A stretch of 64,000 nt of DNA from positions 151,809-215,808 of the IMG/VR virus record IMGVR_UViG_3300046653_000093, one strand, 5' to 3'. Below the pieces are notes generated by a model. The model had not been told where the DNA came from. It did not search any database and saw only the letters and a list, made by a program, of their open reading frames with translations. Position 1 is the stretch's first letter; each line of letters begins with the position of its first letter. The position numbers and the translations under genes were made by a program. Positions 1 to 10,600 of the stretch are shown one piece after another.

Positions 1-1907
1 TCGCCAAGCGTTGGTACTGTCGGCAACGTTATCTTGTGTACATCTGGGAGAGATGGAAGACCAAGATCTGACCGATGTCCTGGGGCTATATTAGAAACTC
101 CGGCTTCTGCCCCTGGAGGTGGCTGATGTATCATTGTATTCTGTGTCGGTGAGGTTGCAGCAGCGTGTTTGCCACCAGATAACATAGAAAAGAAATCGTT
201 CTTAATGCCTTCTCCAGCCCCAGCCTTTACATTGAAAGCATTCCCCATCATCTCTCCCCAGTCTGGGTTTTGCTGTTGACTGCGTTCTTTACCATGGGAA
301 AGCATCTCAACTCCGGCATGCATTGCACCGCCTCTATTATCTCTAATACTAGAAAGCCCCATATTTTCAGCGATTGCTCCTAAGTACTTATCGACCTCTT
401 TGAACTCAGTATTATAAAACTTATCCTGTCTCAGACGAGCAACTTCCAATGTCTGATGAATTTTCATCATTGTAGTTTGCGTTTGCTCTTGAAGGCTAGC
501 TCCCTTTCCAAGCTGTCTTTCTAGCGCCAATCCCTTTTCACCTTCAGCGGCACCTGGCTTCAACATATCCATTACACCAGTCTTCATGGCCTCTAAAATT
601 CTATAAGCTTCCTCATCATTCTTAGCAATACCAGCAACACCAGTTAGATATTGCATTTGCTTATACAACTCTCCAGCAAGAGCCGGATTATCAACGGCAT
701 CTTTCCTGGTAAGAACTGGTCCTCCAAATTGGCTTTGCATTGCCGTCATTGTCTTCTTTACTACCTCATCCATGTGTCCAGTCGCAATAAGCTCATCAAT
801 TTGAAACTTACCAGCCAAGCCACCAGGGCCTCCAGTAGCTCCTGATATAAAGGCCTTCTTGGCTGTATCCATTTTTTCTATACCTTCACCAACACTAGTA
901 ATTACTTCCTTCATAGCCTCTGGGCTAATCTTACTGTCTGCGAATGCCCTATCAAACGCATTTACAAAATTAGTAGTTGCATTGGTGTTGTCGCCTAACA
1001 TCTTGAAGCTACCAGCAATGTTTAATACTGTCTGATTGAAACTCTCCATTCGGAGCTTAGAATCACCAGCTTTGTCGTGCATGTATGCCAGTGCCTCAGT
1101 GGCATCTTTCTCACTAGTGCCAAGGCGCGTATACATATCAGCTACTTGTTTTGCTGCCTCTAGCTCATTCATTTTGGCAGCGGCTGCCATTTGTGACACT
1201 CTTACAGTTTGTTCAGTATCACTCAATGATCCCGGAATTGAAGAAAGGGCTTTATTCAATTCCATTATAGAAGCAACTGTGTGCCCAGTTTCAGAAGCCG
1301 CCTTGATAGACATGTTTACGTAGCCCATATAAGCTTCGCTCATATCTTTGAATCTTTCACCCGATTGATCGGTAACGTCAGCAGCTCGTCCTTGAGCTAG
1401 AGACATACTAATCAATTCTCTTTCCAAGCTAATTACTCGATCTCTCCCTTCCAAAACAGCATTTGAAAAGTTCATTATCTTGGAGTTGCTTCCGAATATA
1501 TTATTCAATACTGGCGAAATACTCTTGAAGGCCGTTGTGATTTTTTCTCCAGCTTCTAAGCCAGATTCTCCCAACTTACCCATTCCAGTAATGTTTTTAT
1601 CAATTACCCCAAGCAAATCAAAGGTTCCCTCCATTACCCCAAGCAAATCAAAGGTTCCCTCCTTTACTTTCTGCCCAACAGATGTAAGAGACGTAAAACT
1701 GCTGAATAAATTTTGAGCGGCTTCTGCTAGCTGATGTATATGATCAGCGCCTTCTTTCCCTACATTTTTGAGTATGTCTGAAAATTTTACTGTAACTCCA
1801 GACAGGCCCTCGAATCTCTTGGCAAATTCACTCACAGCCTCCAAGGTCTTTCCCCCAAGAGCTTCAGCGAACTTTTTTAGATTCTCAAGAGAAATTGTTT
1901 CATCCAT
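1..1907 (-). CDS. Tape measure protein (partial, runs off left edge)
   Basis: ATG at 1907 overlaps the previous stop (TAATG). Hand translation gives an open, helical, Ala/Gly/Met-rich frame (MDETISLENLKKFAEALGG...). It follows sheath-tube-chaperones. Missing from the ORF track, probably because no stop lies within the window. Confidence 0.75.
   Translation of the reverse strand, partial: MDETISLENLKKFAEALGGKTLEAVSEFAKRFEGLSGVTVKFSDILKNVGKEGADHIHQLAEAAQNLFSSFTSLTSVGQKVKEGTFDLLGVMEGTFDLLGVIDKNITGMGKLGESGLEAGEKITTAFKSISPVLNNIFGSNSKIMNFSNAVLEGRDRVISLERELISMSLAQGRAADVTDQSGERFKDMSEAYMGYVNMSIKAASETGHTVASIMELNKALSSIPGSLSDTEQTVRVSQMAAAAKMNELEAAKQVADMYTRLGTSEKDATEALAYMHDKAGDSKLRMESFNQTVLNIAGSFKMLGDNTNATTNFVNAFDRAFADSKISPEAMKEVITSVGEGIEKMDTAKKAFISGATGGPGGLAGKFQIDELIATGHMDEVVKKTMTAMQSQFGGPVLTRKDAVDNPALAGELYKQMQYLTGVAGIAKNDEEAYRILEAMKTGVMDMLKPGAAEGEKGLALERQLGKGASLQEQTQTTMMKIHQTLEVARLRQDKFYNTEFKEVDKYLGAIAENMGLSSIRDNRGGAMHAGVEMLSHGKERSQQQNPDWGEMMGNAFNVKAGAGEGIKNDFFSMLSGGKHAAATSPTQNTMIHQPPPGAEAGVSNIAPGHRSDLGLPSLPDVHKITLPTVPTLG
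1603..1662. repeat. Perfect 30-bp tandem duplication (in frame) in tape measure gene
   Basis: attaccccaagcaaatcaaaggttccctcc x2; encodes EGTFDLLGV(M/I) twice. Confidence 0.95.
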
Positions 1908-2311
1908 TAACTAACCACCTTGCGCTTCTTGCGTTTTTTCTTCCCAACTTTATTGGACTCAAGAATTTGTTCACGAACCTTCTTGCTGGTTTCATCCAAA
2001 TTCGTGGCCTGCACATTTGGATTCTCCTGACGGATCATTCCTTGAGCCATTTCAAGATTGGAGAAAGATCCAATAAGAATAGCCTGGTTTCTTAGCTTCT
2101 GAGCCTCTAGCTCTTGATCATGAAGCCAACTTTCATATAACCATACCTTTAAATATGCGTTAATATCCTCATAGAAAGGATCATCTGGCAACTTATGAAA
2201 CAATTTCATTAGATATCTAATGAATTGATGCTCAGGTGTCCTGACCACTTTTGGAGATGGTTTCCGCCACCTCCTTCGCCTCTTCAACGGTCTTTGGAAT
2301 ATAACCGTCAT
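1907..2311 (-). CDS. Tail assembly chaperone, second (gpT-like) ORF; start uncertain, possibly reached by frameshift
   Basis: Lies between chaperone and tape measure and overlaps the end of the upstream gene in the +1 frame. Confidence 0.55.
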   Translation of the reverse strand: MTVIFQRPLKRRRRWRKPSPKVVRTPEHQFIRYLMKLFHKLPDDPFYEDINAYLKVWLYESWLHDQELEAQKLRNQAILIGSFSNLEMAQGMIRQENPNVQATNLDETSKKVREQILESNKVGKKKRKKRKVVS

Positions 2312-2891
2312 AGGTTTCTTGAGTTAAGGCTTCATAGTTGTTGAATAAATGGCTTATAAGCGCATGATCCATTTCATCAATCAGATCTTTACGAGCTAGT
2401 ACTTGCTCCTCATATGGAGAATTAGATGTACCAAGAATAATATCTATTGATTGATTATCTATCAAAAACAAAGAGTGCGACAGTGCTTCAACCCTAATTT
2501 TTGATAGGCTTGTTGGCGCGAATATCAATCGACCTTCCGAAGTTGTCAAACGCTCTGATTGTTCAACGACCTGAGCTAAGCAATTCTGCTCAAACGTCTT
2601 GAGCGTTCTCAAGCTGAAAACAACTGTGCCATTAGATGTGTCGATAGGAACATCTCTAGTCTTTCTCCCAAGTCCAGTAATAATATCTATACGACGCCTG
2701 GCATCACCAAGACTCTTATTATCAATCTGTTCCTGATGCTCCTGGGCCTGCCTGCGTAATGTGCTGGCTAGCTCTGGAGTCATCTGAGCTGGTGGCGGCA
2801 CTTGAGTTTCTTTGTCGTTTGAAACTACAAACCGCCTCTGTCCCGTTCCAGCGAAATTACTCTCACCAATTGTGCTGCTAATTCTACTCAT
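2232..2891 (-). CDS. Tail assembly chaperone (gpG-like)
   Basis: Position directly after tail tube; GGAG RBS; 219 aa. Confidence 0.6.
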   Translation of the reverse strand: MSRISSTIGESNFAGTGQRRFVVSNDKETQVPPPAQMTPELASTLRRQAQEHQEQIDNKSLGDARRRIDIITGLGRKTRDVPIDTSNGTVVFSLRTLKTFEQNCLAQVVEQSERLTTSEGRLIFAPTSLSKIRVEALSHSLFLIDNQSIDIILGTSNSPYEEQVLARKDLIDEMDHALISHLFNNYEALTQETYDGYIPKTVEEAKEVAETISKSGQDT

Positions 2892-2910
2892 AGATCACTC
2901 CTGTACAGCA

Positions 2911-2920
2911 CTATATATCA
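2911..2920 (-). promoter_or_regulatory. Second upstream motif TGATATATAG (representative copy)
   Basis: Related G(A/T)TATA(TA)G motifs lie upstream of iscS, portal, terminase, 52378 and 45398 genes. Confidence 0.4.
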
Positions 2921-2929
2921 GGAATTTGA

Positions 2930-3580
2930 TTATGGAAGGATGTTATCAACCACATTAATCAAACCTGCTGCATCAAGAGAGCCACGGCGCTTTCCAAGAT
3001 CTGTCTGCCTTTCAAATGCATCATTATCAATGATGGGAATCTGACGAGCATTTGGAGCAGGAACAACGTTCTGGCCTTGACCGAGATATGAATAAATATG
3101 CTCAGCTACCCAACCCATCGTTTCAGAAATAACATAATCAGAAACCTGATATGTAACTCCTAAGTTACGAATCCAAACATTCTTGATAACAGTGGTTATT
3201 ACGTTATCTGAGCCATTGAATCCATCAGCATCGCTTTCGTCTGCTGCAAAAATATCCAGAATGACAATATCAAAAGGAATACGCTGAGAAGCGGCATGAA
3301 TAAAGCCACGCGAAAATGCGGAAGCCATCCTCAAATTGTCGAATCTAACACGAGTGCAATCACCAGAAATATCAGTTGACTTCTGAGGAACTGAATCGAT
3401 GTGGCCATCAGTTCCGACCTCATCTATCATATGAATGTTTCGGTCTTCCTTGTAGGATATGCTCTGGATAGCGCCGATTGGATTACCATCGACTTGAATA
3501 ATGATCTCAGTTGAAACGCCCGTGCGGGTAACGTTACGACCTGCATCTGTAAGAATTGAACCAGTATGTGGATATACCAT
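2930..3580 (-). CDS. Tail tube protein
   Basis: Follows the sheath gene; beta-rich tube-like segments (IIIQVDGNPIGAIQSISYKEDR, TVIKNVWIRNLGVTY..DYVISE). Confidence 0.75.
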   Translation of the reverse strand: MVYPHTGSILTDAGRNVTRTGVSTEIIIQVDGNPIGAIQSISYKEDRNIHMIDEVGTDGHIDSVPQKSTDISGDCTRVRFDNLRMASAFSRGFIHAASQRIPFDIVILDIFAADESDADGFNGSDNVITTVIKNVWIRNLGVTYQVSDYVISETMGWVAEHIYSYLGQGQNVVPAPNARQIPIIDNDAFERQTDLGKRRGSLDAAGLINVVDNILP

Positions 3581-3594
3581 TTATCACCTTTAAT

Positions 3595-6060
3595 TTAGCT
3601 ATTAAGCTTACCAACGTTGATCAAAATATAAATCCAATTAGTTGGATATACTGGTTGAACAGCCACAGTAATATTCCACTGCCTTGGCTCTACTGAATCT
3701 CTATTTACAGTCAAACCTCCATAAGTAGTGATCAACCTCTGTTGAATGAAGGTTTGCATTAGAGACTGAGCAACAGCAAACAAAGTAGCTTTGAATGTTG
3801 GAGTCTCTGCTCGTCCAATGTATGGAGCGTAAGCTCTGCGCATAGAGAAGGAGATATAATCGCGAATAAATACAATGCTAATTTCCTCTTCAGTTGGCTC
3901 AAGAGAAGAAACTGTCGTCTTGCCCCAGATTACATTACCACCACCCTGGACAGGAGTAAGTACAGTAATTCCAGAGTTTACGATATTTTCTACAACCAAT
4001 GGAGAGAAAAGCTTGTTACGCAGAATACTAAATCCAACCAATCTCTTATTCGTAAGAGGTTCTTGAATTTGTGTATTACCAGAGAAATAACCTGCTACTG
4101 CCGCCGCAATAAAGAATCCGTCAATGAGAATGTTGTTTGCCCCAGCCTGAACGACAATCTGATCAGGATAGAAGTATACAACTCGGTACGAATCTCCAAA
4201 TGCATCTGGAACACTATAGTTAGCCAAATCCTCGGTATTTCCTACCAAAATATCCGCAACTGATGCGCCTTGAATACCTTCAAGAATACCGATGTCTTCA
4301 ACTGCTGCAGGTTTATTACCAATTACATTATCCGGCGTAAGGCCCTGAATAGCGCCTATGAACAAAAGCCTTTCATGTTTATTGCGGATGTCGCTCTGTG
4401 TCTCAACATGCACTTTTCCATTCTGGAAAATAGCACTAATCGTCTGGCTTGGTAGAGGCACAACCATATCGATATCGATTGCTTCCGCTGCTGTATAAGC
4501 TTCTAGCCATCCGGCATCATAAAAGTCAGCGTCCTTGGCATCTATTAAGGTGCAACGTAGCGACTGACCAAGGCTAAGTGCCATGTCTCTGGTCCAAAGG
4601 ATTCGAGCACTAGATAATGATGAATCAACAACTTCGAACTGAATACCATTCTCACTAACAAATGGGGTGGCACGCTTGATTTTTAGCTGATCTTGAACAA
4701 CTGCAACAATCTCAAATGTTCCATCGTTTCCATTTATAGAATCGAATATTACCACCGAGCGTGTAGCGGCAAGGTCTTCAAGGCCAAACGCAACGGTAGC
4801 ACTTGATAGCTGAGCATAATAACCATCTACCAAGTAGCCATCGCTTACCAAAACACCATCAGCTCCTTCTTTTTGTACCGAAGACTCTTCGACAACCGTA
4901 TAGGAATATGCAAAGTTATCCAAGAATGTAGCTGGATTTTCTGTGTAGAAAGGCTCCTTATTTGGAATAATTTGAGTCTCTAGCTTGGTAACTGGATCAG
5001 TTACAAAGAAATGAATATCGTTATCAGAATCTGGGGTAACATTCAAAGGAAGAATGAATGTAACATCATCAACATCATTGAAGCCATCGGCTGATTTAAC
5101 AAGATCATATGATAAGCGTCTTGGAACTGAAGGCTTGGCTTGAATTGTATAGATGCCAGGAGTTCCGTTTGCCCATGCTAATTGAGCACCCAACGATACT
5201 CTATTGGTAACCGATGGTTGTCCATGCTTTGCAATTACAGCATTCAAATCTGAGAAGAACTGTGGATCATTGAGTGATGCAAAAGAGATATAACGAGCAG
5301 TAAGATTATCTCCACTTACCAAAGTTCCGCTTTGAACTTCAACAACAAAGTTGTCTCCTTCAATGAACGGCGTAGCGCCTTCCGAGATTGAAAAACTCAA
5401 AACTCCATTAGAAATAAGTATTCCATTTGATTGCCAAGTGATTTGATTTCCGTAACCGTCTAGTAGAGTTCCGCTTACCGAACCACGAGCAATAAACTTT
5501 GCGTAACCATCGATTGGTTGTCCCATCGAATTTCGACGAACGCTTGAGCAACGAATCGTCCAAGTTTCTGGCGGGGCATTCACATCAACGAGCGTCAGAT
5601 TTGAGATAGTTCCATTTCCAGAATTGCTTCCAGCCGCCAAATAGAACGAGCCTCCCTGATCTACTAATGAAGCACCCTGCAACAAAATCTCTCCAGTTGT
5701 TGGGTCTACCTCGGCATCATATCCGGGGAAGTTCCCATCAATGGTATGTTCAAACACCTTAAGTGTGATACCATTCTTGAAAAGCAAAGATCTGTTTTGA
5801 ACAACTGGAGCTACGACAGTCTGCCCTTTCCCAAAAAGGAAGCGACGCCCATCAGAGCCTTTGGTTGTGGAATAAGTTGGGTCAAACCCATCGTTGCCCT
5901 TGCCATTAGCTGATCCAACAAGAACTTCTTCCGTTAAACCTTCACCAATAATAACTGGTATACGATTACCAACTGGTACGCTAACACCGGTCTGAATCGT
6001 TCTGGTTTCGGAATACGCACCAGGTACAACGCTAGAGGCTCCAGGTATGTCGGCTGCCAT
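3595..6060 (-). CDS. Contractile tail sheath protein
   Basis: N-terminal PGAYSET; sheath-type C-terminus (GITVLTP..VIWGKTT..EISIVFIRDYI..WNITVAVQPVYPTNWIYILINV); 821 aa. Confidence 0.88.
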   Translation of the reverse strand: MAADIPGASSVVPGAYSETRTIQTGVSVPVGNRIPVIIGEGLTEEVLVGSANGKGNDGFDPTYSTTKGSDGRRFLFGKGQTVVAPVVQNRSLLFKNGITLKVFEHTIDGNFPGYDAEVDPTTGEILLQGASLVDQGGSFYLAAGSNSGNGTISNLTLVDVNAPPETWTIRCSSVRRNSMGQPIDGYAKFIARGSVSGTLLDGYGNQITWQSNGILISNGVLSFSISEGATPFIEGDNFVVEVQSGTLVSGDNLTARYISFASLNDPQFFSDLNAVIAKHGQPSVTNRVSLGAQLAWANGTPGIYTIQAKPSVPRRLSYDLVKSADGFNDVDDVTFILPLNVTPDSDNDIHFFVTDPVTKLETQIIPNKEPFYTENPATFLDNFAYSYTVVEESSVQKEGADGVLVSDGYLVDGYYAQLSSATVAFGLEDLAATRSVVIFDSINGNDGTFEIVAVVQDQLKIKRATPFVSENGIQFEVVDSSLSSARILWTRDMALSLGQSLRCTLIDAKDADFYDAGWLEAYTAAEAIDIDMVVPLPSQTISAIFQNGKVHVETQSDIRNKHERLLFIGAIQGLTPDNVIGNKPAAVEDIGILEGIQGASVADILVGNTEDLANYSVPDAFGDSYRVVYFYPDQIVVQAGANNILIDGFFIAAAVAGYFSGNTQIQEPLTNKRLVGFSILRNKLFSPLVVENIVNSGITVLTPVQGGGNVIWGKTTVSSLEPTEEEISIVFIRDYISFSMRRAYAPYIGRAETPTFKATLFAVAQSLMQTFIQQRLITTYGGLTVNRDSVEPRQWNITVAVQPVYPTNWIYILINVGKLNS

Positions 6061-6746
6061 TAGACCACCTCATGAATAAGTTTGTTTGTTTTGTTGTTGA
6101 TACGCTTCATGCTAGCTCCCAAAATGATATTCTCTTTCGATCTGAGCGGTCTAAGATTCTCCAATCTCCATGCGTCTTTAAACCCAGGATCGGACTCGCA
6201 ACTATATACATGAGTAGCCATAGGTTTGATATGATCTAATTGCCAAGTCCAAGTATTTGAATCATTTTCGCCCCATGTTTTTGGATTGTAGTTGCCCCAA
6301 TTGTTCCAATTCATCCAAGGTTCGAATTTTGATTCTAAATGCAATTTCAATTCCTCAATAGAATACGGCAAAAATGCCAGAGTATCTATAATCTTAGCGA
6401 TGTTGCGGCTAGTGAGGGCATGCTTGATGCGCCTAGATACTCTTTTCTTCAACTTAATATGAACTTGATTTTCGTAATTTTCTCTATAAACCCTAACACG
6501 GTCTATATTTTTCATCTTCCAATTTTTCTTATAATCAGGATTTTCTTTGGTAAAATTTTTGGTTCTTTCTCTGGCCACGTCTGAGTTTTTTCTCTGAAAA
6601 TCGCGACACTCTTCTCTCTCACAATCTATACATTTATTTCTAAAGTAAAGTGGTACTTTGTTCCTGCTTAGGCATTGCCGAAAATTTTTAGATATCAAGT
6701 CCTTTTTGACGCCACATTTGACGCATATTCTAAGTATATTCTCCAT
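6060..6746 (-). CDS. Free-standing HNH homing endonuclease
   Basis: N-terminal CxxC pairs; LESKFEPWMNWNNWG..WQLDHIKP..LENLRPL..EN; paralog of 43916..44695. Confidence 0.8.
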   Translation of the reverse strand: MENILRICVKCGVKKDLISKNFRQCLSRNKVPLYFRNKCIDCEREECRDFQRKNSDVARERTKNFTKENPDYKKNWKMKNIDRVRVYRENYENQVHIKLKKRVSRRIKHALTSRNIAKIIDTLAFLPYSIEELKLHLESKFEPWMNWNNWGNYNPKTWGENDSNTWTWQLDHIKPMATHVYSCESDPGFKDAWRLENLRPLRSKENIILGASMKRINNKTNKLIHEVV

Positions 6747-6786
6747 ACAATCTCAGCTTTGCATTAAACTTATGCTCAGATATGCG

Positions 6787-7596
6787 TTACAAAGCCTCGA
6801 TTTGATCCAGAATCGATATGGACTCACTTATTGCAATATTGGGATTTGTAACGGTTTCAGATCCCCATGCCCTGAAATCTACGCAAAAATTGATACGCTC
6901 TACTATATTTTCTATTGGAATTAGGCGTCTCCACTCTGTACGAATATCCACGGTAATGGTTGCTTTGTAGAGTTTATCTTGTTGCCTATCTTCGCCTTCA
7001 GAAATTCCGCCAAGGGTTGGCTGCCCAGATTTCACTAACACACCGGCTTTTCTCAAACTATCAAATCTGATATCGGTAAAAAGCAGCATCACCATACTTA
7101 CCAAATTATCCCTATCTAAAATATCTCGGCTTATTACATCAATTGAAATTGTGCCTTCCCATGCACCGGCAAGGTCAATATATTTTGGAATGAAGAATTC
7201 TTTAGCATTACCGTAGCCATCAACTACGAGTTGCTTTTCATGTTCCACCACATCCCTATTTCTGTTTATTGAAATAGGAACGGATCTGGCCGAAATCATT
7301 TTTACCAGAAGAGCAGGGTAGAATATTGCATCGAACCTGAACGCCTCGCCGATGAAGATACGAGTGGTTTGTTCATCATTATTGAGTCCCGCCTCTAATG
7401 ACAGATCTGTATGATCAGGAACTTTTGGATAGCCCCACTCATCAGCTACATAATGAAACCAAGAATCCTTCGCAAACTCTTCCCGGAGCATCCCGATGAT
7501 GAGTTCCTTAGGATAGGCCATCAGGGTGTTTTGAACAACATGATGGATCTGGTTCAGGTCATGCCTTACAAAGCTTCCAGTTCCCGGGGTGGTCAT
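6787..7596 (-). CDS. Putative tail completion/terminator protein
   Basis: Located upstream of sheath; YPALLV and WEGTISIDVISRDILDRDNL pattern reminiscent of tail terminators. Confidence 0.5.
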   Translation of the reverse strand: MTTPGTGSFVRHDLNQIHHVVQNTLMAYPKELIIGMLREEFAKDSWFHYVADEWGYPKVPDHTDLSLEAGLNNDEQTTRIFIGEAFRFDAIFYPALLVKMISARSVPISINRNRDVVEHEKQLVVDGYGNAKEFFIPKYIDLAGAWEGTISIDVISRDILDRDNLVSMVMLLFTDIRFDSLRKAGVLVKSGQPTLGGISEGEDRQQDKLYKATITVDIRTEWRRLIPIENIVERINFCVDFRAWGSETVTNPNIAISESISILDQIEAL

Positions 7597-7629
7597 ACCG
7601 AAATGCTGGATTATGGCGATACGAATAAT

Positions 7630-10600
7630 TTAGCCAAAGAATGGTCTTGGCCTATAAATTGTGATATTTGCCCACTTTGGATTTGATACATATACATTAC
7701 TTACAGTTATAAATCCAGTAGTTGTAGCCCCACCGACATATACATTGAGATCAAAAAAACCATCGGAAGCCATTACGTGATGTATTGGCATTATCACGGT
7801 ATACGTACCAGGAGTAAGTGGAGACATACTATATGTCTCCACTGGTACGGAATTTTCCGACGCAGCTGCGCTCAAAAACAAATCGCCACCTGATGGTACG
7901 AAAACCCTTAGATAAATTTCTGCAAAGATAGTATCGCCAGTCAAAAGACTTGTAGAATACTTAACATCATTTGATGATGTATCAGGTAGCGCTGTTGTTG
8001 GGATTGTTACCGGAGCCGTTGGGCTTTGATATGCAATTCTATTATTTCCAAAAGCTAAGCCATTGGTCGTAATTATATATTGGTCATCTATAACAAGATG
8101 ACTGAAAGCATTATCTCGCACCACGCTGTTTGGAGCATGAATCCAACCACCAAAACCAAGCGTGCCATTCTGATGCTCTAACGTATTTCCAACAACTACT
8201 GTAGGTTGCTCTGTTGCTATCGGGGGAGTAAAGAAATATATTCCCCAGCCATTTGTTGGAATATTCTTTATAACGTTACCAGTGATTGTGCCACCACAAC
8301 CCCAAATTGTTAGGTTGTAATCGAATCCATCAATCTGGTTTCCTGAGCATACAACAGAACCACCATCATTACTAGTAATAATTAGGCCAATTGGCGTAAA
8401 TGGATTTGGGGGGCCTGGAATCGGTATAAGCGACAAGAACATTCCTGTATAACCAAGAATGACAACATTTCCAGACACAACACTCTTGAATAATCCACTA
8501 CTAGAAGTAGCATCAGCCTTCAAGAAATATGCATGGTTGTTAGTTACAATATTCTCAACCGGGAACTCTGGTACATCTGTAACTCCAATGCCATATGTAT
8601 ATGGAGCCGCAAAGATATTTGCCGTTGCAGAAACGCCAGAATAAATAACCTCGGCTATATTATCCTGCACAAAGAATGATCCGCTCATAGCAACATTGAA
8701 TGGACTTCCCTGAACCATCCATCCTATGTATCCGAACCTGTTATTTCGAATGGATACATTAGAAACCAAAGCTCTGCTGCGTTGAAGATACTGTCCAGCA
8801 TTAAGGTTATCTGGAATCCATCTTGATGTGATAATCATTCCCTGTTGAGCATCAACAGTATTTCCTGATATTACAGTATCTATAAATAACTGACCATCAT
8901 TAGCTGGGTCTGTTTCTGTATTTATAAAAGCAAGTGCCAAAGCAGTAGTCGAATTACCAAGGCCAACTGGCGTGCCACCAACAACAACAGTTCCACTATC
9001 AGAAAACCTATTGTTTGTAAATTTTCCGTTAGCAAACTCAGACCCATTTCCATAAACAGCTATGAATGGAGGCCTTTTATTTGAATCTGCAAAGAAAACA
9101 CAATTATCCACTCCATAGTTATCAATGAATCCAAGATTGACCATATCTACCAATACAGCTCCCCAGTTTCCATCAGTGCCTGTCAGGCCAATCGCGCTGG
9201 TATTGAAGAACTCATCAGGATATGTAGTCGCATAGCTAGAAAATGAAGCATCACGGTGTGGATGGTAATTTATAGTAGCTTCTTCAATTCTCCAATTACC
9301 ACTCTTAAATGATAGCCCTTTGGCGCTATTTATCTCGTATGTTCCACCTTTAAGTGTAACAAAATTATTGAAGGCTAGTTGCATCTCGGAATTGATCGTT
9401 ACAGTTTTGACCTTTACCTCAGCAACTCCATATTCATTCACCCAGTTCACCAAAGCCTGTGGAGTAATAAAGTTGGCATTGTATCCGGCAACTTGTTCCG
9501 TTGATGCCCAGGTGAAAGAACCGATATCCTGGTTGATGACATGTCTACGGGCATCAGTCACCAACAATGAAGAGAAGCCACCAGGATCTCCAATAGTTAC
9601 CATGGCTTTAGCTATAATTGTAAGGTCTTTCCTAGTATCTACAATATTTCTAAATGACAGAGATTCCACAAAGTATAGGCTATTTACCTCAAAGAATTCT
9701 ACACCGGTATCTTTTACAATGGCTTTTAGCTGTCCCGTTTCAGTCACGCAAATGAAGAACTCAACAACGTTAGTGATAGAAGATCTAACTTCTGGCAGTT
9801 TTACTTCTAGAGAATCAACCGGAACAAATGCGCCATTTACAAGCGCCATACCACCATTAAAGGTTAGCACGGAATTTGTAGCATCTGAAAATCCAAACGT
9901 AAAGCCTCTAACAACACCATTGGTATGAAGATAACGCTCACCAGCCTCAATAAATTTGATAGCTGAATCTGTAAAGTTTTCCTCTGATAATGTACCAAAT
10001 TCTCTCAAATCTGTAACAGACATGAAAGCTTGATCATTGTGACTTACACCGGCTATAACGAAGTATTCCTCATTCTCTATTAGACTACCGAATAGCTCAA
10101 TGTACGTCCATCCCAAGGATGGTATCGTGGTACCAGGATCAGCAACATCGTCTCTAAACTCAATATCAATGAAATTAACAAAGGTAACATCATAAAGTCT
10201 AATTATGGAATTCTTCTTACCATTGACAACATTACCAATATTTGCGCCATTCAAATCGCTAAGGTATATAGTAAATTCACCAGTTGATGAGTTGTATCCA
10301 ATAACGTTAAGTGTAATGTAATTGCGGAAATTAGAGCCGCCATAACCCTTCAACTTTGGTGAGACTCTTCGAATATTCCATCCGGAAAGACCAGCAACTC
10401 CAGTGCCTCCAACACCACCAGATGCTGCACCTGGTATACCTGGCGTGTTAGTAATGCTATCACTCTTGGGAATTCTAGCGCGCTCAACAGAAACAGACTT
10501 ACCAAGGTTATTTATGAATACTTCATGATAGTGGTTGTATCCTAACGGATCGTCACCGACCATATTATTCAAATTGAAAAATACAGAATCATCTGAAAGA

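Noticed and set aside
3595-6060. Sheath and tube as part of a bacterial contractile injection system (eCIS/T6SS)
   Set aside because: Terminase, portal, protease and major capsid genes in the same operon show it is a phage
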